Origin: Narcine bancroftii
Taxonomy: Eukaryota
Length of the DNA: 64,000 nt
Direction: 5' to 3'
Assembly: GCF_036971445.1 (NCBI RefSeq)
Contig: NC_091469.1
Span: 402,814,001-402,878,000 of the forward strand
This document shows positions 13,248 to 25,529 of the stretch, piece after piece (position 1 is the stretch's first letter; each line of letters begins with the position of its first letter). The notes beneath the pieces were generated by a model. The model was not told the DNA's origin, did not search any database, and saw only the letters and a list, made by a program, of their open reading frames with translations. The position numbers and the translations under genes were made by a program.

Positions 13248-13774
13248 GTAAGTACAATCTTCAAGTTCCATGCTGATCCACGTCCATGTTTCTGACACAG
13301 TTGGAAAAAAAAGTTACCAACTTGTTTAGTATCGTACATGGTTGGTCGAATCAATTCAAGGATGTCAATGAAAATTACTGCAAAGCACTCTGAAAGGGCA
13401 AGGGTAACAACCAGTGATTTTAGTTAAAATAAGGAGGAGAGAGATAAATTGAAGGACAAGATCCAGAATTACTTCCACTGCCATGTGCTAGTGAATATAG
13501 GAATGGGAGAAAAGGCCACATAAATGCACAGCTGGGACTCTAAAACTATTTCTGGAGAAGGGGGTGGGGGGGGGGGTGATGTGGATGTAGGATGAGTTTT
13601 TCCCCAGCTATCACAGATACCCAGTGGAGATTGCCTATTAGAGCTGCTCTGGATAAACTAGACTGGTAGGGAATGGAAACGTCAGAGAGAGGAGAGTGTC
13701 AAATAAATCAATACATCATCAGCAAATAAATTAATCTTATATTCATCATCTACAATTCTTATCCCTTTAATGTT

Positions 13775-14010
13775 ATCATTCTGTCGAATTGTCTGAGCTA
13801 ATGGTTCAATGACCAATGCAAACAAGGCTGGTGATTATGGATAACCTTGACGAGTTGATCGCGATAGTTTAAATGGTAGAGAAGTTTGACCATTTGTCAC
13901 CACCCTAGCAACCGGATCTTTATACAGTGTATTAACCCAACCAATAAAAAAAGGGCCGAAATTAAACTTCTCCAACACCTTAAATAGAAAATTCCATTCA
14001 ACCCTTGTTG
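13775..14010 (-). mobile_element. L1/Tx1-clade RT fragment
   Basis: Minus strand reads RVEWNFLFKVLEKFNFGP ... ALFALVIEPLA. Confidence 0.75.
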
Positions 14011-14644
14011 AATAGTGAGTGGGTCCAAGGAGCTGATTGGCTAATTTCTGCTTTTTTTTTCCTGTTCATGTCTTTTTTGCTTTTTAATATTTCCACTATA
14101 ACTTGACATTTTTCTTAGGTGAAGACAGGTTCAAAACATTCATTTAGCAACACCATTAAGCTTTTTGCTTCCATGTATTGATCTCCTTTTTTTTGTTCCT
14201 GCAGGCTGACCCCTCCTCTTGTTGCCTATTAACTTTATTTTCCTATTCTTGCAGAAGAATTTTACATAATCTTGAAGTCCCCCCCTCCCTGATCTTTCAA
14301 ATTTCTTATTTGCAATACCAAACCAACTTTCTTTTTAATAAAATAGAAGCCCAGTATTTTTAACTCTTTTGTTTCTTGAAAGGAAATCTACTGGCCTTTT
14401 TCTAAATCTAGGCCCAAGAGAGTATGGCTAAGATTTCACTTGCCTTTCAAATGGCCTTGAAATCCATATAGTTCCAAGGCATTCCAGGATGGGCACTGAA
14501 TCATTCAGACCTCATTGCTGTTTAATCCAGTCACCCTCTTAAACGTGAAATTTTCAAAGGATAACAAAAAATTTAAATATTAATTCTCTTTAATCAATCA
14601 TTTCAGTACCAGCTAAAGATATTGACATACTAAATGTAAAGTAC

Positions 14645-15275
14645 ATTTTTTAAATTTTATTTAATATAAAACCACTTAGCGTATCACAATATTTCAAATT
14701 TAATCCGAATATATGTGGTATTTTGTATATATTAAAAAAAATGAAAGAAAAACCTCTAAATCCCCCCAACCCCCTGCAAATTAAAAAAAAAATAAGAAAA
14801 AGAGAAAGAAAAAGGACAAGAAAACCACCACAGGAGCACTTTACTTTCCGATAATTTTAAACTTCATATTTAAATTCGTAGAGAAAGGGAATGTTCATTT
14901 AAAATTTTAATACCAACAATTTGTAAATATGGGCTCCATATTTCACAATAGTATTTTTATCTCTTAAATTTAATTTTCTCAAGTGGAATATAACTCCAAA
15001 ATTCTGCATGCCATCTATCCATTCCCAAATCAATATCTGACTTCCAAGTTATAGCAATAGATTTTCTAGTTATTGCCAAAGCAATTTGAACAAATTTAAC
15101 TTGATACATATTCAGTTTTAATTTAAGTTTAATTCCTCTAATATCTCCCACAAAAAATAACATTCAGATCTTGTGGGAATCTTACTCCAGTTATTCATTC
15201 TAATAAATTACCTAAATCAAGCCAAAAAGGTTTAATTGTGGAACACTGCCAAGTCAAATGCAAAAAAGTACCAAC
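14645..15275 (-). mobile_element. L1/Tx1-clade 3' end
   Basis: Peptides IALAITRKSIAITWKS...IPLEKI and GTFLHLTWQC; polyA seen as polyT near 14645. Confidence 0.75.
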
Positions 15276-15334
15276 TTCTTGTCCACGAGAAGTACATTTT
15301 TTAAAGTACAGAGCACATTATAGCAGAGTACAGG

Positions 15335-16175
15335 CCCTTCAACGTTCATATTTATTGTCAGGGTACATACATTACGTCCAACTCTTGAGATTCTCCTGTA
15401 GGTCAGGCAGAATTTCAACTTAATGGTAACTATAAAATGTACTTGAGAAGAAATACATATACAATGAAATGTGAACAAAGAGAGAAATGTAAACAATCCA
15501 ACTATGCAAATACAGAAAAAAAATAAGTCAACAAAGAAAAATTGTTAACAAACTGTAATACAGAAAATACATTTTCAATAATAAATTATGTGCAAAGTAA
15601 GAATCTTTAAATAAGTCTTTGGTTGAATTTGTTGTTTAGGAGTCCGATGGTGGAGGGGTAGCAACTGTTCCTGAACCTTGTGATAGGAGTCTTGTGACAC
15701 GTCTTTCCTGATGGCAGCATTTAGAATAGAGCATGTCCTAGGTGGTGTGGATCTTTGATGATTGCTGCTGCTCTCTAATTCCATGACGATGTTCTCGATG
15801 GCTGGGAGAATTTTGCTTGTGATGTACTGGGCTGCATCCACTACTTTCTGCTGGGCTTTTGACTCAGAGATATTGGTGCCCCCATACCAGGCCGTGTTGC
15901 AGCCGATCAGCACACTTTCCATTACACATCTGTAGAAATTTTCCAAGATTTCCGATGTCATACTGAACCCCTCCCTGCTGACTACTGAGGAAGTAGAGGC
16001 ACTGACATGCCACTGACAATGACAATGGTATGAGAGGTCCAGGAAAATCATATGAGATGGTCATTCCCAGGACTTTAAATTTGCTCACCCTCTCCACCTC
16101 TGACAATGGTCACTGTCTGGTACACCTCTGGTTTTCCTTTTGTAAAGTCTACAATGAGCTCTTTGGTTTTGTTCT
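15335..16175 (-). mobile_element. Rex1/Babar LINE 3' part
   Basis: Peptide LENFYRCVMESVLIGCNTAWYG...QKVVDAAQYIT; same family as 35315-36355. Confidence 0.85.
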
Positions 16176-16587
16176 TAGTCCATGATGTTGTGACGAGCTA
16201 CACCAGAACAATCTAATTTTTCCCTACCTCGCACCTCTTTGATTTTCTTATAAAGAAGTTTTGATAATTTCTAGAAGTAAAATTTATAAACTTCAATTAA
16301 ATAAATATTCCTAAATCTTGCTTGTAGTGATGTATGGCTTGATTACATAGATAAATATGAGATTTTTTACATTTGCATGATGTTGATGATCAATAATCTT
16401 CAGTGTTCGCGCAGTAAGAAAGCATACACTTGATTTATTCTTTGTAGATTTTGTGTGATAAAGGAGATACAATTTTATTTATAATTGACTTGGTCATCAT
16501 CTCATAGTTCTAAAATATATTTGAAACATAAGTTCAATATATTGTAAGATTTCAATGTGACTTCCTTTTATGCTTTCTGCATTTCAG

Positions 16588-16729
16588 TGATGAAAACAGG
16601 GGAAAGTGGAATGACTGTTTTCAGGCTTTTGACCAAAGACAACAGGTGGACTTGGGTACAAGCAAATGCACGATTGGGATACAAAAATGGAAAGCCAGAT
16701 TTTATTATAGCTACACAAAAGCCCCTCAC
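16588..16729 (+). CDS. AHR: AHR internal exon (equivalent to exon 9; PAS-B C-terminal part)
   Basis: atttcAG acceptor, GTGAGT donor at 16730; 142 bp. Read by hand (absent from the ORF track): [48 protein letters not shown]. Confidence 0.97.
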
Positions 16730-18875
16730 GTGAGTACCAAAGGAGATTCACATTTAATTCCATTAGTATGTTAAGATTTTTACAAGAGCAGGCAACAGCA
16801 GACTCGACCAAATGGCCTACTTTTGCTCCTTATGGTCTTAATCTTGCCTTCCAGTGCTGTCTATGCAATTTGTACCTTCTTCCTGTGAGTACATGAGTTT
16901 TTGGTTCCCTCCCACACCCTGTGGAGACTTGTAGGTTAACTGGCCACTCTAAATTGCCCACATTTTGTAAGTGTATGGTTGAACCTGTAAAATTTGGTAA
17001 GAATGGAATGAGTATAGATTACAGGGAGATTAGTGGCATTGCTCTCTGAAATGGCAAGGTCTCAATTGTTCAAATGGTTTCCTCCTATGTCACAAGTAAA
17101 CATGCAGTTGGACCCATTATCATCCCATCTTGACTGTTTGATAACTTTACATCATGTATTTAAATCATTTTTTTCTAATGTCTCATTAATCTGTATCAGA
17201 CCAGAAAATATTTTTTTCTTGTTATTACTGATAATTCACTTTTCTTCAATGTAAAGAAAAATATATTTTCATTGGTTCAGTTGTTGAGGAAATATCAGTA
17301 AGTTTTTTTTTACACCTTAAACTCTAAAATTGCAACAATGTATTTTTTTTCCTCAGGTTACATTTTACTCTTGCCAACATGAGGAATGCTGTTATACTGC
17401 AGCTACCCTCCACTAATACTAATTGCATGTCAGTACCAATTAATTCAAGAGTAAAATAGCGAACTATAGAATGAACCCTTAATTTCACTATGTTCCAATC
17501 TTCAATCTCCCTAATGCAAGAGATTTGTATGTTTTGTTCAGAAGAACATCTGAGGAAGATCACTGTTGGAGACAGATTTATTTTCTGGTATCACCAATAA
17601 CACACTGGGCAAGACAGTCCATACAACACTAGAGGAGACCATCTAATTAACAACGCAGGACAGATTCAGGAATATTAAATTGCTCTCAGGTTGATGTCAC
17701 TTTCATTGATACTCTTTTGTGCTTAGTTGTGCATCTATATCTGGGATTTGGAAACTTTAGAAGCTCTAATATTCTCCTACAACATCCATTCTAAGTCACT
17801 AACATAGTTAAACAAATGCAATATTTTCCGACCCTAGATTTCTGTTTCTGCCTTAAGCTAATCAACTTATTTCAATAGATGGAGAACTATGACCTGTGAA
17901 TTGTAATAGAGTTTGAGCTCAAACCCTGTCCTGATTCTAATACATTTAAACACCCAATTCATATTGCAATAGATTGAATACACTTTCCTGTAAAGTTATT
18001 TAGTTTACCATAAAAGACCAGATGCCATTTTTGAAATTTCTAGAAAATCTGTTTCATGAATTATTCTCAATATATGATTGACCATGTAACAACAACATCC
18101 GTAACCAATCTTTCAGTTTTAACACCAACCCAGGAGCTGTGAGCTTACCAGGGATAGGTGATGCTCACCTGTAGCCAGCAGTTTTATGAGAATTTGCCAG
18201 GTATCTGCTATGCAGCACATTTTATACACAACAATTGACACAGAAATCCAATACAGCTGGATTTCAGATGCCAGTGTGAAGTTCTGTGAGAGAGCTCTTT
18301 TGTGATGAAGGCAGGGACCAGAAGAACTGTAACCCTATTTGAATGGGTTAGGGTTAGCCTTGCCCTACTGTGGTCACTGGAGTAAATAACCAGTGTAGAT
18401 AGGTGATTTACATAGTTTATTTGTTTTTACAAACATCTTGAGATAATGTTGATTAAATGTAACTTTTGAAATTATCTATACCTATTTGAAAATGTTCAAA
18501 TATTGAGAAACAATCAGCCAGCTTGCTGCATTTCAGAAGATGTGCCTCAAGACCTGATGTCTGTCTGCATTATATGTTCTCTCTACAGGATGTTCCTCAG
18601 GTTTGGAAGGTAAGCTTGGTTGGCCCTCCATATCTAGAAATAGATTAATAAGGACAGACAGCCAACATGGGCTGTGGGATTAGGCCACAGGCTTCTTCCA
18701 GGATGATGAACCCTTAATTATGCACCTAGCACCCTTTCCTGCAAATGCTGGAGTAACTTCTTCATCTCAAATTAACTAATTGTTCTTTGAAAGTACTATA
18801 AAATTAACAAAAATAGACCCGTGTTCTTGAATACAATATAAATGCTTGTAATAACAATAGGCTTTTTTTTTCCAG

Positions 18876-20637
18876 GGTGGAGGAAGGGGAAGAGAATTTG
18901 CAAAAACGAACTTTGCAGTTGCCTTTTAATTTTGCAACTGGGGAGGCTTTGCTCTATGAAGGAAATTGTACAATGCTTGGATTATCGAATCCTATAATTG
19001 ATCAAATCAAGCACACGGCAGTGGCAGAAACATCATGGAGGCAGGAACCGCTGGATCCAAACTCCATTCTTGGTGCTATGTTAAACCAAGATAGATCAGT
19101 GTATAGATCTGATTCTTCACAACATCAGAAATGTGATCTTGAAAATGCCCTTTTTAATGAGAGCAAAGTTACAGAACTAAGTGACGTCTATTCACAAGAG
19201 TGGGAAGAACTACTGTTCAATGAAGATAACAGTATACAGAAGATTGATTGCATTCAGAACCAAAAGCCTTTCCTTTCTCCTGAAAAAAATGTAGATTTTT
19301 TAGCAAATAACATCGGCAAGGAGCTTTATAACACTATGAAAAACCTTGATATAGAATTAGAAGACTTTGATCTTTTATCCAAGGATGAAACATTCCTGAC
19401 AATTAATTGGGATGAGGCTGGAGATATCGATAACATTTTACTGAATGATGAAATCCTAAGTTATGTTCAGGAATCCCTGAAGAAGAGGCCTGACTGCATG
19501 TATTCAAGCTGTGTACAAGAGAAGCCACTTAATTCAAACTCAAGTTACACAATACAGCAAAAACTTCCAACTCAGGACTTGCAACAAGAGCAGCAACAAC
19601 AGTTCCCAGCACATCTGCAGCACCAGCTGCCACTTCAAGTGCAACATTTGCAGCAGCTGCATCCAGTGCAACACTTGCAGGAGCACCAGCGCCCGGCGCC
19701 ACACTTGCAACAGCACCCGGTGCAACACTTGCAGGAGCACCCGGTGCAACACTTGCAGGAGCACCAGCACCCGGCACAACACTTGCAACAGCACCCGGCA
19801 CAACACTTGCAACAGCACCCGGTGCAACACTTGCAACAGCACCCGGTGCAACACTTGCAGGAGCACCAGCACCCGGCACAACACTTGCAACAGCACCCGG
19901 TGCAACACTTGCAGGAGCACCAGCACTCGGCACAACACTTGCAACAGCACCCGGTGCAACACTTGCAGGAGCACCAGCACCCGGCACAACACTTGCAGGA
20001 GCACCCAGTGCAACACTTGCAGGAGCACCAGCGCCCGGCGCCACACTTGCAGCAGCGCCCGGTGCAATACTTTCCCCCACAATACCTAGCACATTTGCAG
20101 CAGCAGAAACAACCCCTCCCAGTCCAACATTATCTGCAGCAACCACATTACCGGCAACAATCTCAAATACAAAATTATCAGCCGCAACAACAATTGTGCC
20201 AGAAAATGAAGCTCATGAATGTCAATGGCCTTTTCATAGACTGGAATTCTGGCAGTCTTGCTAATGTCTCTAGTTTGGACAGCACATCATCAGGGTTCCA
20301 ATACAAATCAGAGCATAATGTTACCACTTCAGCATGTCAACGACCCCTCCAGTTGTATCAGCAAGGAACTACACAGCCTTCTGACATCAGCCAAATAAAT
20401 GTGCCAATTGATGGCTTTCATACACAGAACAGCAGTACAGTAAATTGCCTGGATAACTACCTGAATTGTGTTCAGGACTGTCATGCTGTAAACCCATCAA
20501 TGGATTTAATTGCGTCACAGGCATGTTACACGGGTGCCATGTCAATGATTCCATGTCCAGCAGAAAATGATTCGTCCGGTGTGGGTACAGTGCAATTCAA
20601 GTCAACAAACTCTAGCCAACAGTCATTTTTAGCAAAG
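18876..20637 (+). CDS. AHR: AHR large exon (equivalent to exon 10; transactivation domain with acidic, Q-rich and P/S/T parts)
   Basis: polyT-ccAG acceptor, AAG|GTAAAA donor; 1762 bp open. AHR motifs EEGEENLQKR, LPFNFATGEALLYE, DPNSILGAML, DEILSYVQESL, QQLCQKMK, ACYTGAMSM; ends QQSFLAK like the mammalian exon end. Confidence 0.95.
19660..20055 (+). repeat. Coding minisatellite in AHR: 15 units of 24 or 30 bp (HP[V/A]QHLQ[Q/E] with or without HQ)
   Basis: Nine 24-bp and six 30-bp units, core CAACACTTGCA; 396 bp, frame-preserving. Confidence 0.97.
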
Positions 20638-20959
20638 GTAAAAATGATTTTCTTTGACTTCATTCTTGGGATGTAGGCGACAGCTGGTAAGGACGGCATT
20701 TCTTGCTTGTCCCAAATTGCTCTGAGAAGTTGTTGGTGGAATTGGTTGGACTCGAAAGACACTAGATACATTGATGAAGGGCTCAAGCCTGAAATGTTAG
20801 TTATGTATCTTTTTCTTTGCTACATACTCTAAAGTACATTTTGACTTGCTGAGTTTCTCCAGCATTATGTTTTCACTTTTTTGAAGTTAAATAAGTATTT
20901 TGTTTTTGAACAGATAACCTCCCAAAAATTGAGGATTACAAGTCGTCAAGACTTAGCTG

Positions 20960-21720
20960 AGCTTAAAGACTATAAGCATTAGTAAAAACTGACAAATATT
21001 TGGAGAAATTGAAGGGACACAATTTTGCAAAAGGTGGCTCCAGAGATACTGGATGCATTGATTGGACCTTCCAAACTTCCATGGATTCTAGAATGGCTCC
21101 CACAGATGGGAAGGTAGCAAATGTAATGCAGCCACATCAAAGGGAGAAAGAGAACAGGGAACTATAGATATTTTGGCTTGACATCTTTTTAAGGAAAATG
21201 CTGAAATCTATTATTAAACAAGTCAAATGATGCACAGAAAAAAAATAGTCATACTAGATAGAGTCAACATGGATTTATGAAAGGAAAATTATATTTGATT
21301 GATGTTTTTGCACTATTTAAGGTTTCAAAATCATTTGAAAAGATGCCACACAATATTAAAATTAGAGTGTGTTTGTACTGGGGTAGGATAAATTAAGGTT
21401 TAGTTAACAGACAGATAGAATAGATATAAATGAATTATTTTCAGTTTGCATATCCATAAGCATTGATGCTGGGCTGATAACAATCTCTATAAATGATTTG
21501 GATGAAGGAATCAAATGCAAATTTACTGAAACCAAGCTTGTTGAGGAGAACACAGAGGAAGCTCAGGGGATATCGATGGACTAAGTAAGTCGGCAAGGGT
21601 ATATTGTGCAATAAAGTGAGGTCTTTAACTTTGGTAAAGGAAAGGTATATTTTACATAGTGCAAGATTGAAAAATGTTGGGATCATGGGACTAAGTAACT
21701 GAAAGTTGATATGTTGGGCA
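20960..21720 (+). mobile_element. Old, highly degenerate CR1 RT fragment
   Basis: Remnants ggaaggtagcaaatgta (WKVANV-like), agtcaacatggatttatgaaaggaaaa (SQHGFMKGK) and ataaatgatttggat (INDLD). Confidence 0.7.
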
Positions 21721-21804
21721 AGAATTAAATAGAATTTTTCTCATAATACAAATGTGAAATAGTGAGGGAAAATGTTTCAATGAAAGAGAGATACCTTAAT
21801 ATAT

Positions 21805-21805
<1 letters not shown>

Positions 21806-21842
<37 letters not shown>

Positions 21843-21857
21843 ATATACACACACACA
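21806..21857. repeat. (TA)n(CA)n microsatellite
   Basis: Direct reading. Confidence 0.95.
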
Positions 21858-22149
21858 GGGTGGTCAGTGCCTGAAATGCGCTGCCAGCAAAATTAATGGA
21901 AGCAGGTATCATGGCAATCTTTGAGAGAGCCCCATGAATAGACAGAGAATGGAGTGATTATGGACCTTGTGCAGGTAGATTGGTTTAGTTTAGAATGGCA
22001 TCATGGTCAACACAGACATAGTGGGCTAAAGAAACTGTTTCTGTGCTGCACTGTTCTTTTATCTGAATCCAAGGACTGAAATTTTGCTCCAATTTATATG
22101 ATTACAGACCCCAGGTGAGATCACACCTTGAATATAGGATGCAAGTCTG

Positions 22150-23490
22150 GACTCCTTACTTCTTTTAAAAAAATTATAAGCTTGCGTTTGATGAAATGTT
22201 GCACAGGTTATAAGCAAAAAAACAAGAAGACATCTGAATAAAGACTGGGGAATGGCAGGGGGAGGATTCCAGACCAACAGTCAAAAGATGTTAATGGGAT
22301 ATGAGAAGAGGAAAGGAGAGAGGGGAAAGAAGAAAAAAAAGGGGGGGGTTAACAGAAACCAGAGTAATCAATGTTAATGCCATCCTGTGGATGGTGTCCA
22401 GATAGAAGATGAGATGTTATTGCTCCAATTTACAGTTGATCTCTGTATGGCAGTATGAGTCCATGGACAGACATGTCAAAAAGGCAATGGGACAGGGAAT
22501 TGAAATGGGTGGCCACTGGGAGATCCACGCTATTTCAGCAGACAGACCTGAGGTCCTCAACAAAGTGATCTCCCAGTCTGTGCCCAATCTCTCTCATATA
22601 GGGGAGGCCAAAATTTGTCTGGCATAATTGGTCCTTGCCCTCAATAACTTCTCCTTTGGCTCATCCCATTTTCTCCTGGTCAAAGGGTTAGTCATGGGTA
22701 CCGCATGGGCACCAGCTATGTCTGCCTTTTTGTTGGCTACGTGGAACAATCCATGCTTCAAGCCTTCATAGGCAAGGCTCCTCACTCTTCCTCCATTACA
22801 TCGACAACTACTTTAGTGCTGTCTCTTGCACTTATGATGAGCTCGTTGACTTTATCCAGTTTGCTGCCACTTTCCACCCCAACCTCAAATTCACTTGGTC
22901 AATCTCGAGCAATAATCTCCCTTTTCTCGATTCTCCATCTCGGGAGACAAATGCTCGACAGACATCTTCTACAAACCCACTTATGTATCTGTATTCCCAG
23001 ATCGCTCTGTTCTACTGCACTGCTCAGTGTCCTGTCATTTACCATACATGTCTTTTCTTGTTTCTTTTTTTCCAAATTGCAAAACCTCACACTGGTCTCA
23101 TGCACTGCCAAGCTGAGACCACCTGAAAATTGGAGGAACAATACCTTATCCTCCGTCTGGGCAACATCTAACTGCCATTAACTTTGACTTTTCCGGTTTC
23201 AATTAATTTCCCCCGCTCTCCTTCTTCCCCGTTTCCTTTCCCCCAGTGTGTATGCTCTCTCCATCTCCTTTCACCAAGACAAAATCAATTCTCACCTTTC
23301 CTCATATCATATCCAATTAACACCTTTTGAGTGTTGGTCTGGACTCCTCCCCTGCCATTCTTCAATCTTTATTCCAATACGGTTTTTTTTGCTGTATCTT
23401 GAAGAAGAGCTCAAACCCAAAACGTCATTAATCTATCTTTACTTCCCATGGATGCTGCAAGACCAGCTGAGTTCCTTCAGCATTTCTGTG
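22150..23490. mobile_element. Penelope-like element remnants: an inverted 3' piece (about 22150-22600, minus) next to plus-strand RT and 3' pieces, with a small CR1 insert at about 22985-23090
   Basis: MGTSYVCLFVGYVEQSM resembles the Penelope RT motif MGPSYACLFVG. aaattggaggaacaataccttatcctccgtctggg (KLEEQ.LI.RLG) occurs at about 23130 and as a diverged reverse complement at about 22405-22430. Confidence 0.7.
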
Positions 23491-25376
23491 CAAAATTATA
23501 TGAAGCTTATGTTTGAGATTAGTGAAGAAAGGCATTGTGTTCATTTGGAAAATAAGAACGTTGGTTGAAGTCCAGCATGTCGATGAATAAGAGGAAAGGG
23601 GCAAGACAATATTGCACAGTGGTGGGTGCAATATACTTGCATCAATTTGAAGATTAATTTTATTTGAAGGGGTTATGGCCAGAAGGGCATATCCTCCGTG
23701 TCTTCAAGGAGTAAATCTTTGTGCTTCAATAGATTGAGCAGTGGCAGGTTTTCCATTGAGATCAGGTAGAGGTTCAGCCTTGAAGCCTGGACTGTAGTCC
23801 TCCAGTTCTTGTCCCCAGGTCACTTCATTATCACTTGTCCCATGAGGTTCAATTTTTCAGCCTGGAGAAGAAAACGGAAATTCATTGATAGAAAACAGAT
23901 TAACATGTGGATAAGCCAATACGATGGACAACCTTATGGCTCAATGTAACATACCCTGTAGTCATGGTCTTAAGTGATTTTATTTGTTTGGCAAAAGAAA
24001 GAATTCTTCCCCTTGAACATGCATATTGGATGTAGCCAAAACCCCTGGAATGATTGCATGATCCGCTGTGCTATTATATTACAGTTCGTCAGGCAGGAGA
24101 GAAAATTGCTTTTGACTTTTCACACCAGTGAGGTATTCAACAACTACAGCCAAATGTACATATAATGAGGGTCACAGGCATTTGGGACTAAGCAGAATAA
24201 TAGTTCATGCAGTCTAGATGGGCTGACGGGCCTGTTTGCGTGCTGTCGTGTTCTATGGTCCACAGCCATTTCTCTCCATTTGCAGTAAGGACAGGTTGAT
24301 TACTCTTTGTTTCAGATGGGAATCCCACACACAGTCACAACTCGGATCAAAAGAGTCTGTGCTTGGGAATTCATCAATTAGTGGGTATGATGGCCTCACC
24401 ATTGTCTTGTTCAGTGGGCAAGGCCTGACCGGTTTCAAATGTTGAATACCTGAAAGAAGCAGGGATAGAAGGGGAAGCAGACAAGTCAGAGACTTAAACA
24501 ATCTGCATCTTGAAAATCAGAAGAGAATGTAGGATGAAGGGGCAGTGAGGTGCAAGGATAATAACCTTCAATGTTCCGCACACTATTACTGGCTACAGAG
24601 TGTAAAATGGCCACACTAAAAATAGCTGGAAACCAGTGTACAGACACTTTTGTATCTACTGTTGATATGTTGCTTCTGGCAGTAGCTCTATGATGCCTCT
24701 TGGAAGAGGGAGAAGGGGAAAGTGTCTCACCACATGACTGGGTAATATAACTATATTAGTAGTAAGAATTAACATTGTTATTTAGCTCATTTTTGTATGG
24801 AAATATACTGTACAAGTGACTGTTCAGAGTCAGTCCTAGATGAAAGATAAAGGCATTGGGTAGGTGATTTGAGTATATTTTAGGAGGACATTCTACGGGA
24901 TGTCACAGTTGTTAATGGACAGGACTCGCTTGGATACAAACTCCTTAAACATTCCAAAACGGTATTGATTTTTTTACTTTGCATTGGGGTGAATGTTAGT
25001 AGAACTAAATTCAAACTGCCAAAGCTATAATATTTTTAAATTTGATCATTTATTTCATGGATTAATGTCACATTATTTTTGAAAAGGCAATATGATGAGA
25101 TGGGTTTATGAATTTAACATTGGAATATCCTTAACAGTTACATGATCATGCTTATTGTTTTAATCAATTTTCATAACAATCTTAAATCATTAATTTCAAC
25201 TGTGTATATTTTGTGTGTGTACATATATACATACATACACACTCATGGTAGATTGAAAAACAATTTGTATTTTAAACTTTAGAGTTGGTTCACCAAGATC
25301 TAGGAAACACCGCATAATGTTGGCAATGGGTCCATTTTAAAAAAAACTAAGAACATGTTTCTCTTTGCCTCGACAG

Positions 25377-25529
25377 ACCCAAACTGGATGTAATGATGGA
25401 AACAGTAATGAAGTGTATCCAAGTGTGTTCAATAATGTGAATTGCACACCCTCAGCCCCTCAGGTTCGACACCACCATCCAAGAGAGCCTGGACTCTACT
25501 CAAATCAATCTTCTGGTGGCTTTATTTAG
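25377..25529 (+). CDS. AHR: AHR terminal coding exon (equivalent to exon 11)
   Basis: tttctctttgcctcgacAG acceptor, phase 0. Encodes TQTGCNDGNSNEVYPSVFNNVNCTPSAPQVRHHHPREPGLYSNQSSGGFI then TAG (25527-25529), resembling the mammalian AHR C-terminus (NETYP...SSGFL). This suggests the mammalian-type AHR/AHR1 lineage rather than AHR2. Confidence 0.9.
   Translation, partial: TQTGCNDGNSNEVYPSVFNNVNCTPSAPQVRHHHPREPGLYSNQSSGGFI

Noticed and set aside
18877-18879. GTG start of the 599-aa ORF
   Set aside because: Internal Val codon just after a splice acceptor; not an initiation site.
19511-20146. Three extra long ORFs (192, 205 and 180 aa) overlapping the large AHR exon
   Set aside because: By-products of the stop-free minisatellite read in other frames; no independent gene signals.
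20638-20676. ORF read-through giving the C-terminus VKMIFFDFILGM
   Set aside because: Lies past a donor at the conserved exon end, and a better AHR-like terminal exon exists at 25377.
24236-24242. XRE core TTGCGTG in the last intron (possible autoregulation)
   Set aside because: Single 7-mer inside a CR1-like tail; expected by chance.
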